This document shows positions 39,906 to 53,679 of a stretch of DNA of 64,000 nucleotides, piece after piece. Position 1 is the stretch's first letter. Every line of letters starts with the position of its first letter. Both the position numbers and the translations under genes were made by a program. The notes under the pieces were generated by a model, which was not told where the DNA came from, did no database searches, and saw nothing but the letters and a program-made list of their open reading frames with translations. Source of the DNA: Octopus sinensis (taxonomy: Eukaryota); NCBI RefSeq assembly GCF_006345805.1, contig NC_043017.1, positions 13,578,001 to 13,642,000 on the forward strand. Reading direction: 5' to 3'.

Positions 39906-41164
39906 TTCATATCAATCAATTCACACACACGCACACGCGTGCAAACACACACACACACACAAAAGCTGTCACAAACAAAGGTTGGCATTCTGTTAAAAAG
40001 GAAACATCTGTTGTCTTGAGAAGGAGGACCGTTCCCAACAAGTGTTCATCCTTAAAAAATACACAGCAAAATAGTAAACAAGTCTGATAAATGACAACAA
40101 ACAGAAAATAAATAAATAAAAATTCTGAATCACATGACTTGGTTCAATGAACTGCCTTCAGTCAGAATTGAAACAGTTTATCTAATTAATTATTCTAATT
40201 GATCACTATCAAAAGATTTTTCCATGCCAATAAATACATAGGGTGACCTTTCACAGTAGTTAACATTTAACTCCAGTTTGAGTTTCATATTTAAAAGAAT
40301 TCTAAGAGGTGATTCATATTCTTTTTTTTTTTTTTTTGAATGAAATTTTAATAGAAAAATTAAATACATTATTTTTTTGTCTTTGTATTTGGTTTGCAAA
40401 GCTGACCTGGAGAAGAGAGGGCATGTCACTGAGGTGGTCATGGATGGCAATAAAAGAACTTTGAGAAACATAACTGATTGATTGATTGATTAACTGAAAA
40501 ATCAATAAAACGCAGGCGTAGCTGTGTGGAAAGTAGCTTGATTCCCAACCACATGCGTCTGCTCACATGGGTCTGTCCATTCCCAACCACATGGGTGTGG
40601 CACCTTGGGCAAATGTCTTCTACAATTGCCGTGAGCTAACCAAAGCCCTGTGGGTGGATTTGGTAGATGGAAACTGAAAGAAGCCCATTCTATATTATAC
40701 ATATTATATATATATATATATATATATACATATACATACATGTATATGTCTGTGTTGGAGTTTCTCCTCTTCCACCACTTGACAACCAGTGTGGATGTGT
40801 TTACATCCCTGCAACTTAGTGGTTTGGTAAAGAGACCAATAGTATAAGTACCAGGCTTATTAAATACGGGGGTCAATTTATTTGACTAAAAATTTCTTGA
40901 AAGTTGTGCCCCAGCATGGCTGAAGTCTAATGACTAAAACAAGTGAAAAGAAAAATGGAAAGATCAAAAGAAAAAAATCGATTAGTTTGTTGGTTAAATA
41001 GTTAATGAATCAGCAAATGATAAAGAACTGAAATAGAACCAATGTCTGTGTTTATTATTGGCATAGTGACCCTCCCAAGATGCAACAAAATAAAACATTA
41101 AATTTCATACATTAAAAAATATTCAAGATTTTTAAAAATTATTATTCCTTTCTATGCGACACCA

Positions 41165-41746
41165 TCCAGTGCAGCATGATCTCAGATGGGCTAATGCACC
41201 AATTTGACCAGCACCACTTGACATGTTTCCATTTGTCCTCCTAGGTTTGGCCTCTACGTTTGTGAGCTTCACAAATGCTGCTGTGGATCCACTGTAGATT
41301 CTTTCAGCCTCCATCCATTGTCATGCCATTATAGTGGTGGCTACCTTTAATACCATGCTGCCCTCAACAAGACCATAAAGCATGGCCTAGACACTGAAGG
41401 CCTCTCTTCTCAGAGGAGATGATAAAAGGCCAGATGGCATGAGAATTTTCCCATTCCACAGTAGTAAGCCACTCATCTGGGATGCTACATGCTACGACTT
41501 GTTCTCCAGTGACAACCTGGTGTGTCCGGATGCCAGCCCAGCTTTGCAGCTCATCAAGAAGAGAGGAGCAAACTGTCAAAGTAATGGACGTTCTCTGACA
41601 GATTTGTGGTGAAGCCTGTGACAGTGGCCTCCAGACTACATCCTTGCTCACTGCTATTGGAGCAGAGATGACTATTTGCAAGTGTGAAACCTGTGAGTAA
41701 AAGTGGTTGTTCCAGCATGTTTCCCTCACCGTCCTCTGGGGCAACA
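41165..41746 (+). mobile_element. Decayed CRE-clade-like non-LTR retrotransposon C-terminus (restriction-like endonuclease)
   Basis: Plus-strand translation gives HAALNKTIKHGL, LLRGDDKRPDGMRIFPFHSSKPLIWDATCYD and LFQHVSLTVLWGN, matching the RPDG..P....L.WD.T and LFQR.S....RGN motifs, with frameshifts. Confidence 0.7.
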
Positions 41747-41820
41747 CATTTTCCATTTTGTCTACCAAATCCACTCACAAGGCTTTGGTTGGCCTGAGGC
41801 TATAGTAGAAGACACAATAG

Positions 41821-42041
41821 GGCGGCAAGCTGGCAGAAACGTTAGTGTGCCGGGCGAAATGCGTAGCTGTATTTCGTCTGCCATTACCTTCTGGGTTCAA
41901 ATTTCGCCGAGGTCGACTTTGCCTTTCATCCTTTCGGGGTCAATTAATTAAGTACCAGTTACGCACTGGGGTCGATGTAATCGACTCAACCCGTTTGTCT
42001 GTCCTCTCTATGTTTAGCCCCTTGTGGGTAGTAAAGAAATA
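41821..42041 (+). mobile_element. SINE family B nested in a family A SINE
   Basis: Interrupts a minus-strand family A copy; tatagtagaagacac occurs on both sides (~41801 and ~42042). Confidence 0.75.
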
Positions 42042-42439
42042 TATAGTAGAAGACACTTGCCCAAGATACTATGCAGTGGGACTGAACCCAGAACCATGTG
42101 GTTGCTAAGCAAGCTACTTACCACACAGCCACTTTTTATGGTTTTGCTTGAGAAGGGGTCGCACACCCTCCAAGATCTACTCAAGTAAATGTTTGTGAAA
42201 AAAAATGCAGTTGAAAAGAAATTCCAATGAGGTGACACCCTGGGGAAGAAAAATCATGTTAGATTAAGGAAATCTTGCACTCATAACACACAAAAACAGG
42301 AATATTTTTTTTTTAGGAAACAACTTTAAAAACCCCAAATGGGGCGGGAACATAATCTTTAAAATAAGATCAGTTTATCAGTTAAAACAAACAGCTTGTT
42401 GATGTCAGTAGATTCATTTGTAACTTTAAAATCAAGAAA

Positions 42440-42475
<36 letters not shown>

Positions 42476-43852
42476 AACTTTACTGTAGAAACTTCCTATC
42501 AGAACCACTTCTTGTACTGCAATATTCTTTCACTTCTTTTAGGAGTTTTCTTTGAGGTCATTGAGGTACCACTGATAAGGTATCGCAGATTTTTATAACT
42601 TTGTCTGCAGACCATCCCCTTTCTCAGGTTATTTTACCATTTTATAGCCAGTCAGAAAAAAATTTTTTTTAAATCCTCAAAATTCAGCTTGATGCAAGAG
42701 GAAAGCAAATAGGGGGTAATGGGGATAAAACTATTTTGTCCCAAGGTAATAAGCCAGAAACAAGGGATGAGATAAAAAATCTCATAACCTTACAAGATGA
42801 ATAATTAAACCACATATCCATTTACCAAATAACTTACACACCTAACCCTTTGCAACAACTATCAATAAAGAAACTTCTACAGCATACGTATGTGCAATGT
42901 ATGTGTGTGTGTGTGTGTGTGTAAAACAAAACAGGAAATTGGAAATATTTTGGTATCATTTATTCATCATTACACATGTTTCATTTGCTAATAGGAGTTA
43001 CAAAGTTTTCATGTTAAATAGACAGGTAAGGAATTCCCTATTAGAAATTCTTCAGACAGAGAAATTAAATAATGCATCATCATCATCGTTTAACGTCTGC
43101 TTTCCATGCTAGCATGGGTTGGACAGTTCAACAGTGGGTCTGGGAAGCCCGAAGGCTGCACCAGGCCAGTCAGATCTGGTAGTGTTTCTACAGCTGGATG
43201 CCCTTCCTAACGCCAACCACTCCTATTATCATAATTTAATTTCTATGTCCTAATAAGAAATTACATGCATATCTAACAAGTAAAACTTTGTAATTCCATG
43301 TTAGCAAATGAAACACAAGTAACAGTCAATAAATAATACCAAAAAATTCCCAATTTTCTGTTTTGTTACACAATATTTCCATAATGCTCAATTGTAATAT
43401 GTATTTGGGCCAAATCCCGGACCGGGCAGCGTGTTGTGTTCTTGAGCAAAGCACTTTATTTCACGTTGCTCCAGTTGACTCATCTGTAGAAATGAGTTGC
43501 GATGTCACTGGTGCCAAGCTGTATCAGCCTTTGTCTTTCCCTTGGATAACACTGGTGGCGTGGAGAGGAGAGGCCGGTATGCATGGGCGACTGCTGGCCT
43601 TCCATAAACAACCTTGCCCGGACTTGTGTCTAGGAGGGTAACTTTCTAGGTGCAATCCCATAGTCATTCATGACTGAAGGGGGTCTTTACCCTTACAGCA
43701 GCAACCAAGACTATGTATTGGATTGTAATAATGGAATAAGTAGATGTGCTTCAAGAGGAAACAGCTAGGAATTATCCTAACATTATATATATATGTAACT
43801 GTAACTGCCAGAAAAAGCAGGCAAGTCCTCTTTGTCCTGTCCTGTTTTTGCT

Positions 43853-44255
43853 ATACTCTTTTTACTCTTTTACTCTTTTACTTGTTTCAGTCATTTGACT
43901 GCGGCCATGCTGGAGCACCGCCTTTAGTCGAGCAAATCGACCCCGGGACTTATTCTTTGTAAGCCCAGTACTTATTCTATCGGTCTCTTTTGCCGAACCG
44001 CTAAGTAACGGGGACGTAAACACACCAGCATCGGTTGTCAAGCAATGCTAGGGAGACAAACACAGACACACACATACATATATACATATATACGACAGGC
44101 TTCTTTCAGTTTCCGTCTACCAAATCCACTCACAAGGCTTTGGTCGGCCCGAGGCTATAGTAGAAGACACTTGCCCAAGGTGCCACGCAGTGGGACTGAA
44201 CCCGGAACCATGCGGTTGGTAAACAAGCTACTTACCACACAGCCATTCCTGCGCT
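43853..44255 (-). mobile_element. SINE family A (young)
   Basis: Full-length copy with a (tactcttt)n tail. Confidence 0.85.
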
Positions 44256-44530
44256 ATATATATTTTTTAAAGGTAACATTGAATGATGTAGTCGTAGATG
44301 CACTTTCCCTGAAAAAGAAAACTTAGAATGTCTTTTATTGTAAGTCCACTTGATGAGGGCTGACCAAGGACTAAATAGTTTCAATAAAACCCCTATATAG
44401 AGGATCTGATGTATGTAGCTTTAGAAAAATTTTTGATCCACTGAGAATATCATCAACATTATCGTCGTTTAAAGTCCGCTTTCTGTACTGGCAAAATCTC
44501 CCTCAATAGGTGGTTAAGAAATCTAAACAA

Positions 44531-44937
44531 AGCACAGGAGTGGCTGTGTGGTAAGTAGCTTGCTAACCAACCACATGGTTCCAGGTTCAGTCCCCCTGCG
44601 TGGCACCTTGGGCAAGTGTCTTCTGCTATAGCCCCGGGCCGACCAATGCCTTGTGAGTGGATTTGGTAGACGGAAACTGAAAGAAGCCTGTCGTATATAT
44701 GTGTATATATATATGTATGTGTGTGTGTTTGTGTGTCTGTGTTTGTTCCCCTATCATTGCTTGACAACCGATGCTGGTTTGTTTACGTCCCCATCACTTA
44801 GCGGTTCGGCAAAAAGAGACCGATAGAATAAGTACTGGGCTTACAAAAAGAATAAGAGTCGGGGTCGAGTTGCTCAACTAAAAGGCGGTGCTCCAGCATG
44901 GCCGCAGTCAAATGACTGAAACAAGTAAAAGAGTAAA
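44531..44937 (+). mobile_element. SINE family A (young)
   Basis: Full-length plus-strand copy. Confidence 0.85.
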
Positions 44938-45606
44938 GCAAAAAAACAGGAAAATCCTAAGTTCAATTGATTAAAGATTTTGGACATAGTAGGCAATACA
45001 GATTGGGGTGGCTCTTGTCTTTAATCTTTCAGCATTCAGATTATTCTGTCAAATGCAATGTCTGTCAATTCAAATTGTTTTGAATTCATCATTCATTATT
45101 GCATAGCTTTGAGATTTCGATGATGTGATATTCGATTTTTCAGAATGACATTCGAGGTTAAGTGTGAGAGGCTGGATGTGGCCAGTTTGAACGTAAAACA
45201 AGTGGAATATGTGGGTCGGATATGGATGGTTTAGATGCTAAAGGATTAAAGTAACTTGATGATAACAATGCATGTTTCCTCAGCAAAGTATGTTTTACTC
45301 AAGTGGCAAGAATAATCATACACACACACGTATGTAAGAGGGAATGCAGTGATGATTATGAACATCAACAACATGACCAAGAGAAAATCTGGAGTGGTGT
45401 GTGAGGTGGGGGGGCACTCTACAAGCTAAATACAAATACAGATGGGTCGAATTCCAAGGGGTGTTTAAAATCTAAAAACAATAAACACTTTTTATATCAA
45501 AGAACAAGAGATGGTCTCATGTGGGTTGCTATGAAAAAGATTAAATACTTTCCCTGAGTATCAAATCTTGGTTATCTTTTAAAACTATAGCAGTTCAGTC
45601 TATATT

Positions 45607-46008
45607 ACTCTTTTACTTGTTTCAGTCATTTGACTGCGGCCATGCTGGAGCACCGCCTTTTAGTCGATCAAATCGACCCCGGGACTTATTCTTTGTAAGC
45701 CCAGTACTTATTCTATCAGTCTCTTTTGCCGAACCGCTAAGTGACGGGGACGTAAACACACCAGCATCGGTTGTCAAGCAATGCTAGGGGGACAAACACA
45801 GACACATAAACCCACACACACACACATACATATATACATATATACGACAGGCTTCTTTCAGTTTCCGTCTACCAAATCCACTCACAAGGCTTTGGTCGGC
45901 CCGGGGCTATAGCAGAAGACACTTGCCCAAGATGCCACGCAGTGGGACTGAACCCGGAACCATGTGGTTGGTTAGCAAGCTACTTACCACATAGCCACTC
46001 CTGCGCCT
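45607..46008 (-). mobile_element. SINE family A (young)
   Basis: Full-length copy; TSD tatattac at 45601-08 and 46008-15. Confidence 0.85.
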
Positions 46009-46486
46009 ATATTACACAACTATTTTATTATTTTCAGCTTCCTGCCTTGCCTTAGAGAGAGAAAGTTTTCCATGTGCATATAAAACTGGCTGAGTATTTG
46101 ACTAATTTTTTCTCATCAGCTAACTAAGGGGATAAGGTAGTGTTCAAACTAGCCAAGTTGGCATTGTGTCCACGGTCAATATCCTTAATATTCAATGCAG
46201 CCAAACCTCCACCAGCTGGAAATAGCAATAAAATCCTTTACTGTTTCATTCCATTCCAATGTTTTATTGGAAAATTACAGCAAGAACAGATATTTCTGCC
46301 AGCAATTTGTAAAATGATAGATAAAGAAAATTTATGTTGATTTTATATATATATATGTGTGTGTATGTATATATATATGTGTGTGTGTGTATATATATAT
46401 GTGTGTGTGTGTATAATATATGTGTGTGTGTATATATATGTGTGTGTGTGTGTGTATATATATGTGTGTGTGTGTGTATATATATA

Positions 46487-46546
<60 letters not shown>

Positions 46547-46628
46547 ATATATATATATCTTTTACTTTTTACATGTTCCAGTCATTAGACTGTGACCATT
46601 CAAAGGCAGCACCTTAAAGTGTTTAGTT

Positions 46629-47751
46629 CGGTGATTCTTAACCAATTTTTGCCAATGGACCCCTTTTGCTTCCTATCTTACTCTTATTTCTTTATTGCCT
46701 ACAAGTGGTTAAACATAGAGGGGACAGACAAAAGTATTTAGTCGACTACATCGACCCCAGTGTGTAACTGGTACTTATTTAATCGACCCCGAAAGGATGA
46801 AAGGCAAAGTCGACCTCGGCAGAATTTGAACTCAGAACGTAACAGCAGACAAAATACCTATTTCTTTACTACCCACAAGGGGCTAAACATAGGGAGGACA
46901 AACAAGGACAGACAAATGGATTAAGTTGATTATATCAACCCCAGTGTGTAACTGATACTTATTTAATCGACCCCGAAAGGATGAAAGGCAAAGTCGACCT
47001 CGGCGGAATTTGAACTCAGAACGTAACGGCAGACGAAATACCGGCTAAGCATTTCGCCAGGTGTGCTAACGTTTCTGCCAGCTTACCACCTTCCTATCTT
47101 ACTCTACTAGACCTCCATAGCCAGTTGATGTATATAAAAAGAATTCTGTATTTATATAATTAAACATTATTAGGAATTGTCTCTATCTTCCACTTGCTTT
47201 CAGTCATGAGACAGCAGCCATGCTGGAGGTACTGCCTTGAAGAATTTTAAGTCAGATGAATCGACCCCAGTATTCTTTTCTTTTTCTATTGCTCTCTTTT
47301 ACTGAACTGCTAAGTTACAGGGACGTAAACAAACACTAGTTGTCAAGTGCTGGTAGGGGACAAACACATACGCAAAAACACACATACATATACATACATA
47401 TATATACACATATGATGGGCTTCTTTCAGTTTCTGCCAACCATATCCACTCACAAGACATTGGTCAGCCTGAGACATATAGTAGAAGACACTTGCCTTAG
47501 GTATCATACAAGGGATTGAACCCAAAACCATGTGGTTGGGAAGCAAGTTTCTTATCACACAAAAAATTATCACAAAGAAAATTAAAATACTTTGTGTATC
47601 GTAAAAGTATAAAAAATTTATTACACATAAATTTTGACAAAGAAACTTTATATGGACCCCCAAGAGCCATATGGACCCCCAAGAGCCATATGGACCCCCA
47701 AGAGCCATATGGACCCCCAAGAGCCATATGGACCCTGGTTGAGAATCACTG
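46629..47751. mobile_element. hAT-like MITE carrying nested SINEs
   Basis: TIRs cggtgattcttaacca and tggttgagaatcactg; imperfect 8-bp TSD gtttagtt/ctttagtc. A related copy in opposite orientation is at ~36280-36615. Confidence 0.6.
47651..47735. repeat. 19-bp tandem repeat, ~4.4 copies
   Basis: (tatggacccccaagagcca)n, subterminal in the hAT-like MITE. Confidence 0.95.
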
Positions 47752-49222
47752 CTTTAGTCAAAAACAAATCAACCCCGGTACTTATTTGCTTACAGCTGGT
47801 ACTTATTCCATCTGTCCCTTTTGCTGAGTCAATAAGTTATGGGGAAATAAACAAACCAAGACCGGTTGCCAAACAATGGGGAATCAAACGCACACATACA
47901 CACATCTGTGTGTGTGAAGCTTGTTTGCTTACATGTAATTTAATTCAGTTGGCTAACTTTTATGAACAAACCAGTATTTATTCTTGTAGAAGACATAATC
48001 AGAACAGACCGACTGCAATTAACACAACCAACACATTAACAGGTCTGTGTTTTATGTTCCTCTCATCAAATCTACCATTTATACCTCATATTCCGATAAT
48101 TCTCATAAATTCTTTAACTCAATCTAAAATAAACACAAACAACTGAACCATTAATGCTTCCCATGAAGATATTTCTCAGGAAATACACAGCCTTTGTCTT
48201 ACAATTTCATTTTGAAAACTATCTTTTATTCTTTACTTGTTGAACTGCACTGAACTGCAGCCATGCTGGAGCACCACCTCGAAGGTTTAATTCAAACATG
48301 GGCAACCTTTCTCAAATCAAGCATGCAAAATGAGACATGGGCTATCATCAGCTGGGCCACACTCATCATCATCATCGTTTAACGTCTGTTTTCCATGCTA
48401 GCATGGGTTGGACGGTTCGACCGGGGTCTGGGAAGCCAGGAGGCTGCACCAAGCTCCAGTCTGATCTGGCAATGTTTCTACAGCTGGATGCCCTTCCTAA
48501 TGCCAACCACTCTGGCACAGGCTAAATCAAAATAATTTAAGGTAATTTTTCATTACTGGTGTGCCGTACTTTGCCCATGACAGGTTCAGTCAAACAAACC
48601 AACCCTGGTACTTGTTTTTTTTTAAAGTCTGGTACTTTTTCTATTGGTCACCTTTTGCCAAACAGCTAAGTTAAGGGGATATAAACAAACCAACATCAGT
48701 AGTTAAGCAGTAGGATGGAAAGCACAAAGACAAACATACATATACATAGTATTTTCTAGTTCTTTATGTTTTTAATTCAGGTCCCTTCATGGCCTATGTT
48801 GCTTTTCAGCCTTTTAAGGTCGATGAAGTAAAGTTCCAGTGAAGTACTGGGGTTGATGGCATCAGCTAATTACCTCCCTTCAAAATTGCTGGCCTTGTGC
48901 CTAAATTAGAAACCATTATTTAGAATTTAGCATTTAAACCAGCCTGAGACAGCCAAAATATTCTACTTGTTCAAACTGGTCAAATCCAGCCTCTCACAAC
49001 TTCCCTGCGATGTTATTCTAAAAGTACACAATCACATCATAGAAACCTCAAAACTATGAGATAACAGATGACTCATTCAAAGTAATACGAATCAATAAGC
49101 ATTACATCTGACAGAGTAACCTGAATGCCAAAGGGTTAAGATGATATTTAGAACAAAAACTTTAAAGTTTCTTGTATAAAATTTTGATGGCAGGTTTTAA
49201 TTTAAATTACTCTCTCTCTCTA

Positions 49223-51082
49223 TTACTCTTTTACTTGTTTCAGTCATTTGACTGCGGCCATGCTGGAGCACCGCCTTTAGTCGAGCAAATCGACCCAGGG
49301 ACCTATTCTTTGTAAGTCCAGTACTTATTCTATCGGTCTCTTTTGCCGAACCGCTAAGTGACGGGGACGTAAACACACCAGCACCGGTTGTCAAGCAATG
49401 CTATGGGGACAAACACAGACACACAAACACACACACACATACATATATAAATATACATATATATGACAGGCTTCTTTCAGTTTCCGTCTACCAAATCCAC
49501 TCAGAAGGCATTGGTCGGCTAGGGGCTATAGCAGAAGACACTTGCCCAAGATGCCATGCAGTGGGACTGAACCCGGAACCATGTGGTTGGTTAGCAAGCT
49601 ACTTACCACAAAGCCACTCCTGCGCCTAATAAGTACACTATTAGAAGTTTTTCTAAGAAAAAATCAGAGGTGGTCTTAAGTAGGTTGGTATGATTAATAC
49701 TTAAAGATTAAATACTTTTTCGGTAGTCAAGCCTTTCATATCTTATCTTTTAAAAGTATTGCAGCTCAGGTTTCTTAATCTTGTACAAATGATACATGAT
49801 TCTTACGCTTAGTCTATCTTACACAACTAATTTATTATTTTCAGCTTCCTACTTCTGTCTTAGAAAAAATTTACAAAAATTTCAATGTTGAACGCAATTA
49901 ATTCTCATTCATTGAATGACTAACGAGATAAGGTAGCATTGAACAAGCCAACAGTTTGCTGGTTCAGATCTTGCTTTTGGCAGTGATTTCTGTTCATTGG
50001 TGGCACTCTTTTACTCATATTCCTGTTTCAGTCATTTGACTGCGGCCATGTTGGAGCACCATCTTTAGTCAAGCAAATGTAAGCCTAGTACTTATTCTAT
50101 CGGCCTCTTTTACTGAACTGCTAAGTTACAGGGACGTAAACACACCAGCATCGGTTGTCAAGCGATGTTGGGAGGACAAACACAGACATACATACATATA
50201 TACGACGGGCTTCTTTCAGTTTCCGTCTACCAAATCCACTCACAAGGCTTTGGTCAGCCTGAGGCTATAGTAGAAGACACTTGCCCAAGGTGCCATGCAG
50301 TGGGACTGAACCCAGAAACCTGTGGTTGGTAAGCAAACTACTTACCACACAGTCTCTCCTGTGCCTATGCTTATCACACAGCCATTCCTGCACATTTATT
50401 TCTTAACTCACCCAGTACTCCAAGCTGGATATAGGTACTGCAAGGTAGATATGACTTATTGCTCCAGTCAGTGTAATTTGATGAGTGATTTGTGAGTCTG
50501 CAATGCAGAGTTCAATTCCTCAAGTGGAAGGAAAAGCTACTTGCAATAAGCCAGGGTCTCATCTACAGGTAGATTGATCTAACCCTAGAAAAAGAAAATT
50601 GGAGATAAGCAGCACCAGGCCATGTGGATCACTGATTTTCAAAGATCAAAGAAAGACTAAATTTTAGTAATTAAATTTTTATGCTCTTTACTCTTTACTC
50701 TTTTACTTGTTTCAGTCATTTGACTGCGGCCATGCTGGAGCACCACCTTTAGTCGAGAAAATCGACCCCGGGACTTATTCTTTGTAAGCCCAGTACTTAT
50801 TCTATCGGTCTCTTTTGCCGAACCGCTAAGTGACGGGGGACGTAAACACACCAGCATCGGTTGTCAAGCAATGCTAGGGAGACAAACACAGACACACAAA
50901 CACACATATACATATATACGACAGGCTTCTTTCAGTTTCCGTCTACCAAATCCATTCACAAGGCATTGGTCGGCCCGGGGCTATAGCAGAAGACACTTGC
51001 CCAAGGTGCCACGCAGTGGGACTGAACCCGGAACCATGTGGTTGGTTAGCAAGCTACTTACCACACAGCCACTCCTGTGCCT
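49223..51082 (-). mobile_element. Three family A SINEs in the same orientation (~49223-49627, 50025-50367, 50690-51082)
   Basis: Each matches the family A sequence seen elsewhere in the window. Confidence 0.8.
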
Positions 51083-51326
51083 ATTTACTGTTTACGTTCC
51101 TATAGTCACAGCAACATTTTTTTTTCTTTGCTCTTCACTAGCAAGAGTGAGGAACAGATGAAGAACAGAGGCCTAAATTCAAACGGCAGCACCACCTCCA
51201 ATCTCCGTTTCTCGCTCTCAGACAAAGAATAAAGGCCCAAATTCAAATGACAGTACCATGTCCTTCCTCTCATACGAGGCACAAAGAGCTACGGTCAAGT
51301 GACATTACATTTTCTCTGTTCTTCGT

Positions 51327-51663
51327 GAAGGCACATGGCTCAGTGGTTAGAGCGTCGAGCTTACGATCGTGAGGTTGTGAGCTCGAATCCCGGACCGGGC
51401 TGCGTGTTGTGTTCTTGAGCAAGGCACTTTATTTCACGTTGCTTCAGTTCACTCAGCTGTAGAAATGAGTTGCGATGTCACTGGTGCCAAGCTGTATCAA
51501 CCTTTGTCTTTCCCTTGGATAACACTGGTGGCGTGGAGAGGGGAGGCCGGTAAGCATGGGCGACTGCTGGTCTTCCATAAACAACCTTGCCCAGACTTGT
51601 GTCTAGGAGGATAACTTTCTACGTGCAATCCCATGGTCATTCATGACCGAAGGGGGTCTTTAC
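51327..51663 (+). mobile_element. tRNA-derived SINE with CORE-like central domain (family D)
   Basis: A box tggctcagtggttagagc and B box agctcgaatccc; gtgttcttgagcaaggcacttt...cagttcactcagctgtagaaatg resembles the CORE-SINE domain. A 5'-truncated copy is at ~43412-43692 and older relatives at ~1318-1611 and ~12834-13143. Confidence 0.8.
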
Positions 51664-51677
51664 ATGAAGAAGCAAAC

Positions 51678-51722
51678 CCTAAAATGCTTGACTCCATCAT
51701 TCTTCACAGCAACTGAACTCAT
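51678..51722 (-). CDS. Tentative first coding exon of the PET-LIM gene (MSSVAVKNDGVKHFR)
   Basis: Lies in non-repetitive sequence. ATG at 51722, 15 codons, then a phase-0 donor AGG|gtttgc compatible with the phase-0 acceptor at 24787. The donor is weak and there is no homology support. Confidence 0.35.
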
Positions 51723-53679
51723 CAATCTTTCTTGTTGACTGATTGTTGCCAACAGAGGGCATCACTGGTTCCATTGGATTACAGATTTCCAGATTTCCAC
51801 CTTATTTTACGGTATTTTAACTCTCGACAGCCTCGTCTACTTAGTCTTTTAAACAGTTGCAATTTGAGTTACAGAAGCAAGGGGGAAGGGTCTGGTTTTG
51901 TTTTTTGTTTTTTTTTTTGCCTTTCTTGTCCTCTTCATACTTAAATAACCTCACAGCACCAGCAGTGGCATTGAAACTAGAATTGGAGATAATTCTTATT
52001 TTATTTTATTTTTATTTCATTTTATTTTATTTCTTTCACATTGTACTAAAGAGACGACTAATAACATGGTTTGGTATGCTGACATACTAAGAATTAATTG
52101 TCTCTGTAATTGTTATGGAGGCCAGTGCATATGGAGAAGAGTTAGTCATTAAACAGATCTAGCGGTTCACTCGTTGACAAGTTGGCATGTAGTTTGAGCT
52201 GAGATTAGAAAAGACACCTGTGATTGCAAGAAAACAATTTAATAATGGCAGTGAATGAGTAACAGAAACTGCAGACATGAATTACCTATGACATTTTAAA
52301 CTTTTTTTTCTCTTTTTCCTTTCCCTTTTTCTTTCTTTTTCTTTGTGCCACCAATTTGGTGTAGTAAAAACAGCAATTTCAAAGAGAAGGAGCTTTCTTT
52401 TGAAAGAATATATTTAAGATAATTTCACCTTCTTTCTCTTCTTCTTCTACTGTCATAGCTATTTGAAACAAAAGTCTTTATTAACAATTCCTCTAACCTA
52501 CATTTCTTCCCCTACATTTATACAGTTGATATTTGACTTATTCTAAACGGTTCAGGAACTCACAACGGACACTTAATAGCATTTCAGAAATTGCAAAAAT
52601 ATTCTTTTTCTTTGTTTTATTTTGTTTTATGTTTTTTTTTTTTTTCCCGAAAAAGAAACAGAGATCAAAATGACATAACAAAGTTTAACAATTTGGCCTA
52701 AATCAATATAAGGAATTCTTTTATTGATAAAAGGTATGTAAGGTCTCAGGATCATATCACCTGCCAAACAAGTACAACCCCAGAGCACCATATATAAATA
52801 CACACACACACGTGTATGTGTGTGTATATATATATATATATATTGTGTGTGTGTGTGTAGGTTTGACTGTGTGGTAAGAAGCTTGCTCCTCAACCATATG
52901 GGTCTGGGTTTAGTTCTGCTCTGTGGCACCTTGGGTAAGTGTCTTATACTATAGCTTCGGCTGACCAAAACCTTGTGAGAGGGGAGGGTTTGGGCAACAG
53001 AAACTGAAAGAAGCTCATTCAGATGTGTGTGTGTGTGCATACATGTGTGTCATTGTGTCAGTGTTTGTCCCCCACCACCACTTGACAACCAGTCTTGATG
53101 TATTTACATCCTTGTAACTTACCAGTTTGTCTTCTAAATCTTTCAAATATTTCATGTCATAAAAAAAGCACAAATAAATGTTTCACTACAAAAATATTGA
53201 TTTTGATTTTGGAATCGATTTTTTGGCTTCTCAGACATGTATAGGTGTGGCCGTGTGTGTTTGCATGTGTGTAACTATAACTGAATGATTAAGAAGGTTG
53301 TTAGGTCATCAAACCATGAGTTCACAATTTCAATCCTAACGTATGAGGTACTTTGGATAAATTTCAATAGCCTTGGGTTGATGCAAGCTTTGTGAATATA
53401 ATTGGACTGATGGAAACTGTATGGAAGCATGCTGGATGGATTGAACCAATAATTCAAAGATTAGTCCTGTTGCTCACAGTATCATATTAATTCTGCTTTG
53501 AGGTATTATGTTAAGAGTATAAGTGAGTGCAGGTACCCCAAGCACAATTGACTTGAGTATACCTAGGATGTAACTAACTGCTGAAGGCTTCAAATGTAAC
53601 CGACTGTGGAATATTCCAAGACTCATAATTATCTAAGTAAGTAGTTCAGTTGATTGAACAACTGGAAAACTCATTATCA

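Noticed and set aside
47651-47735. Regular short repeats (19-bp here, 52-bp at 54597) superficially like CRISPR arrays
   Set aside because: They are head-to-tail with no unique spacers, there are no cas genes, and the context is eukaryotic.
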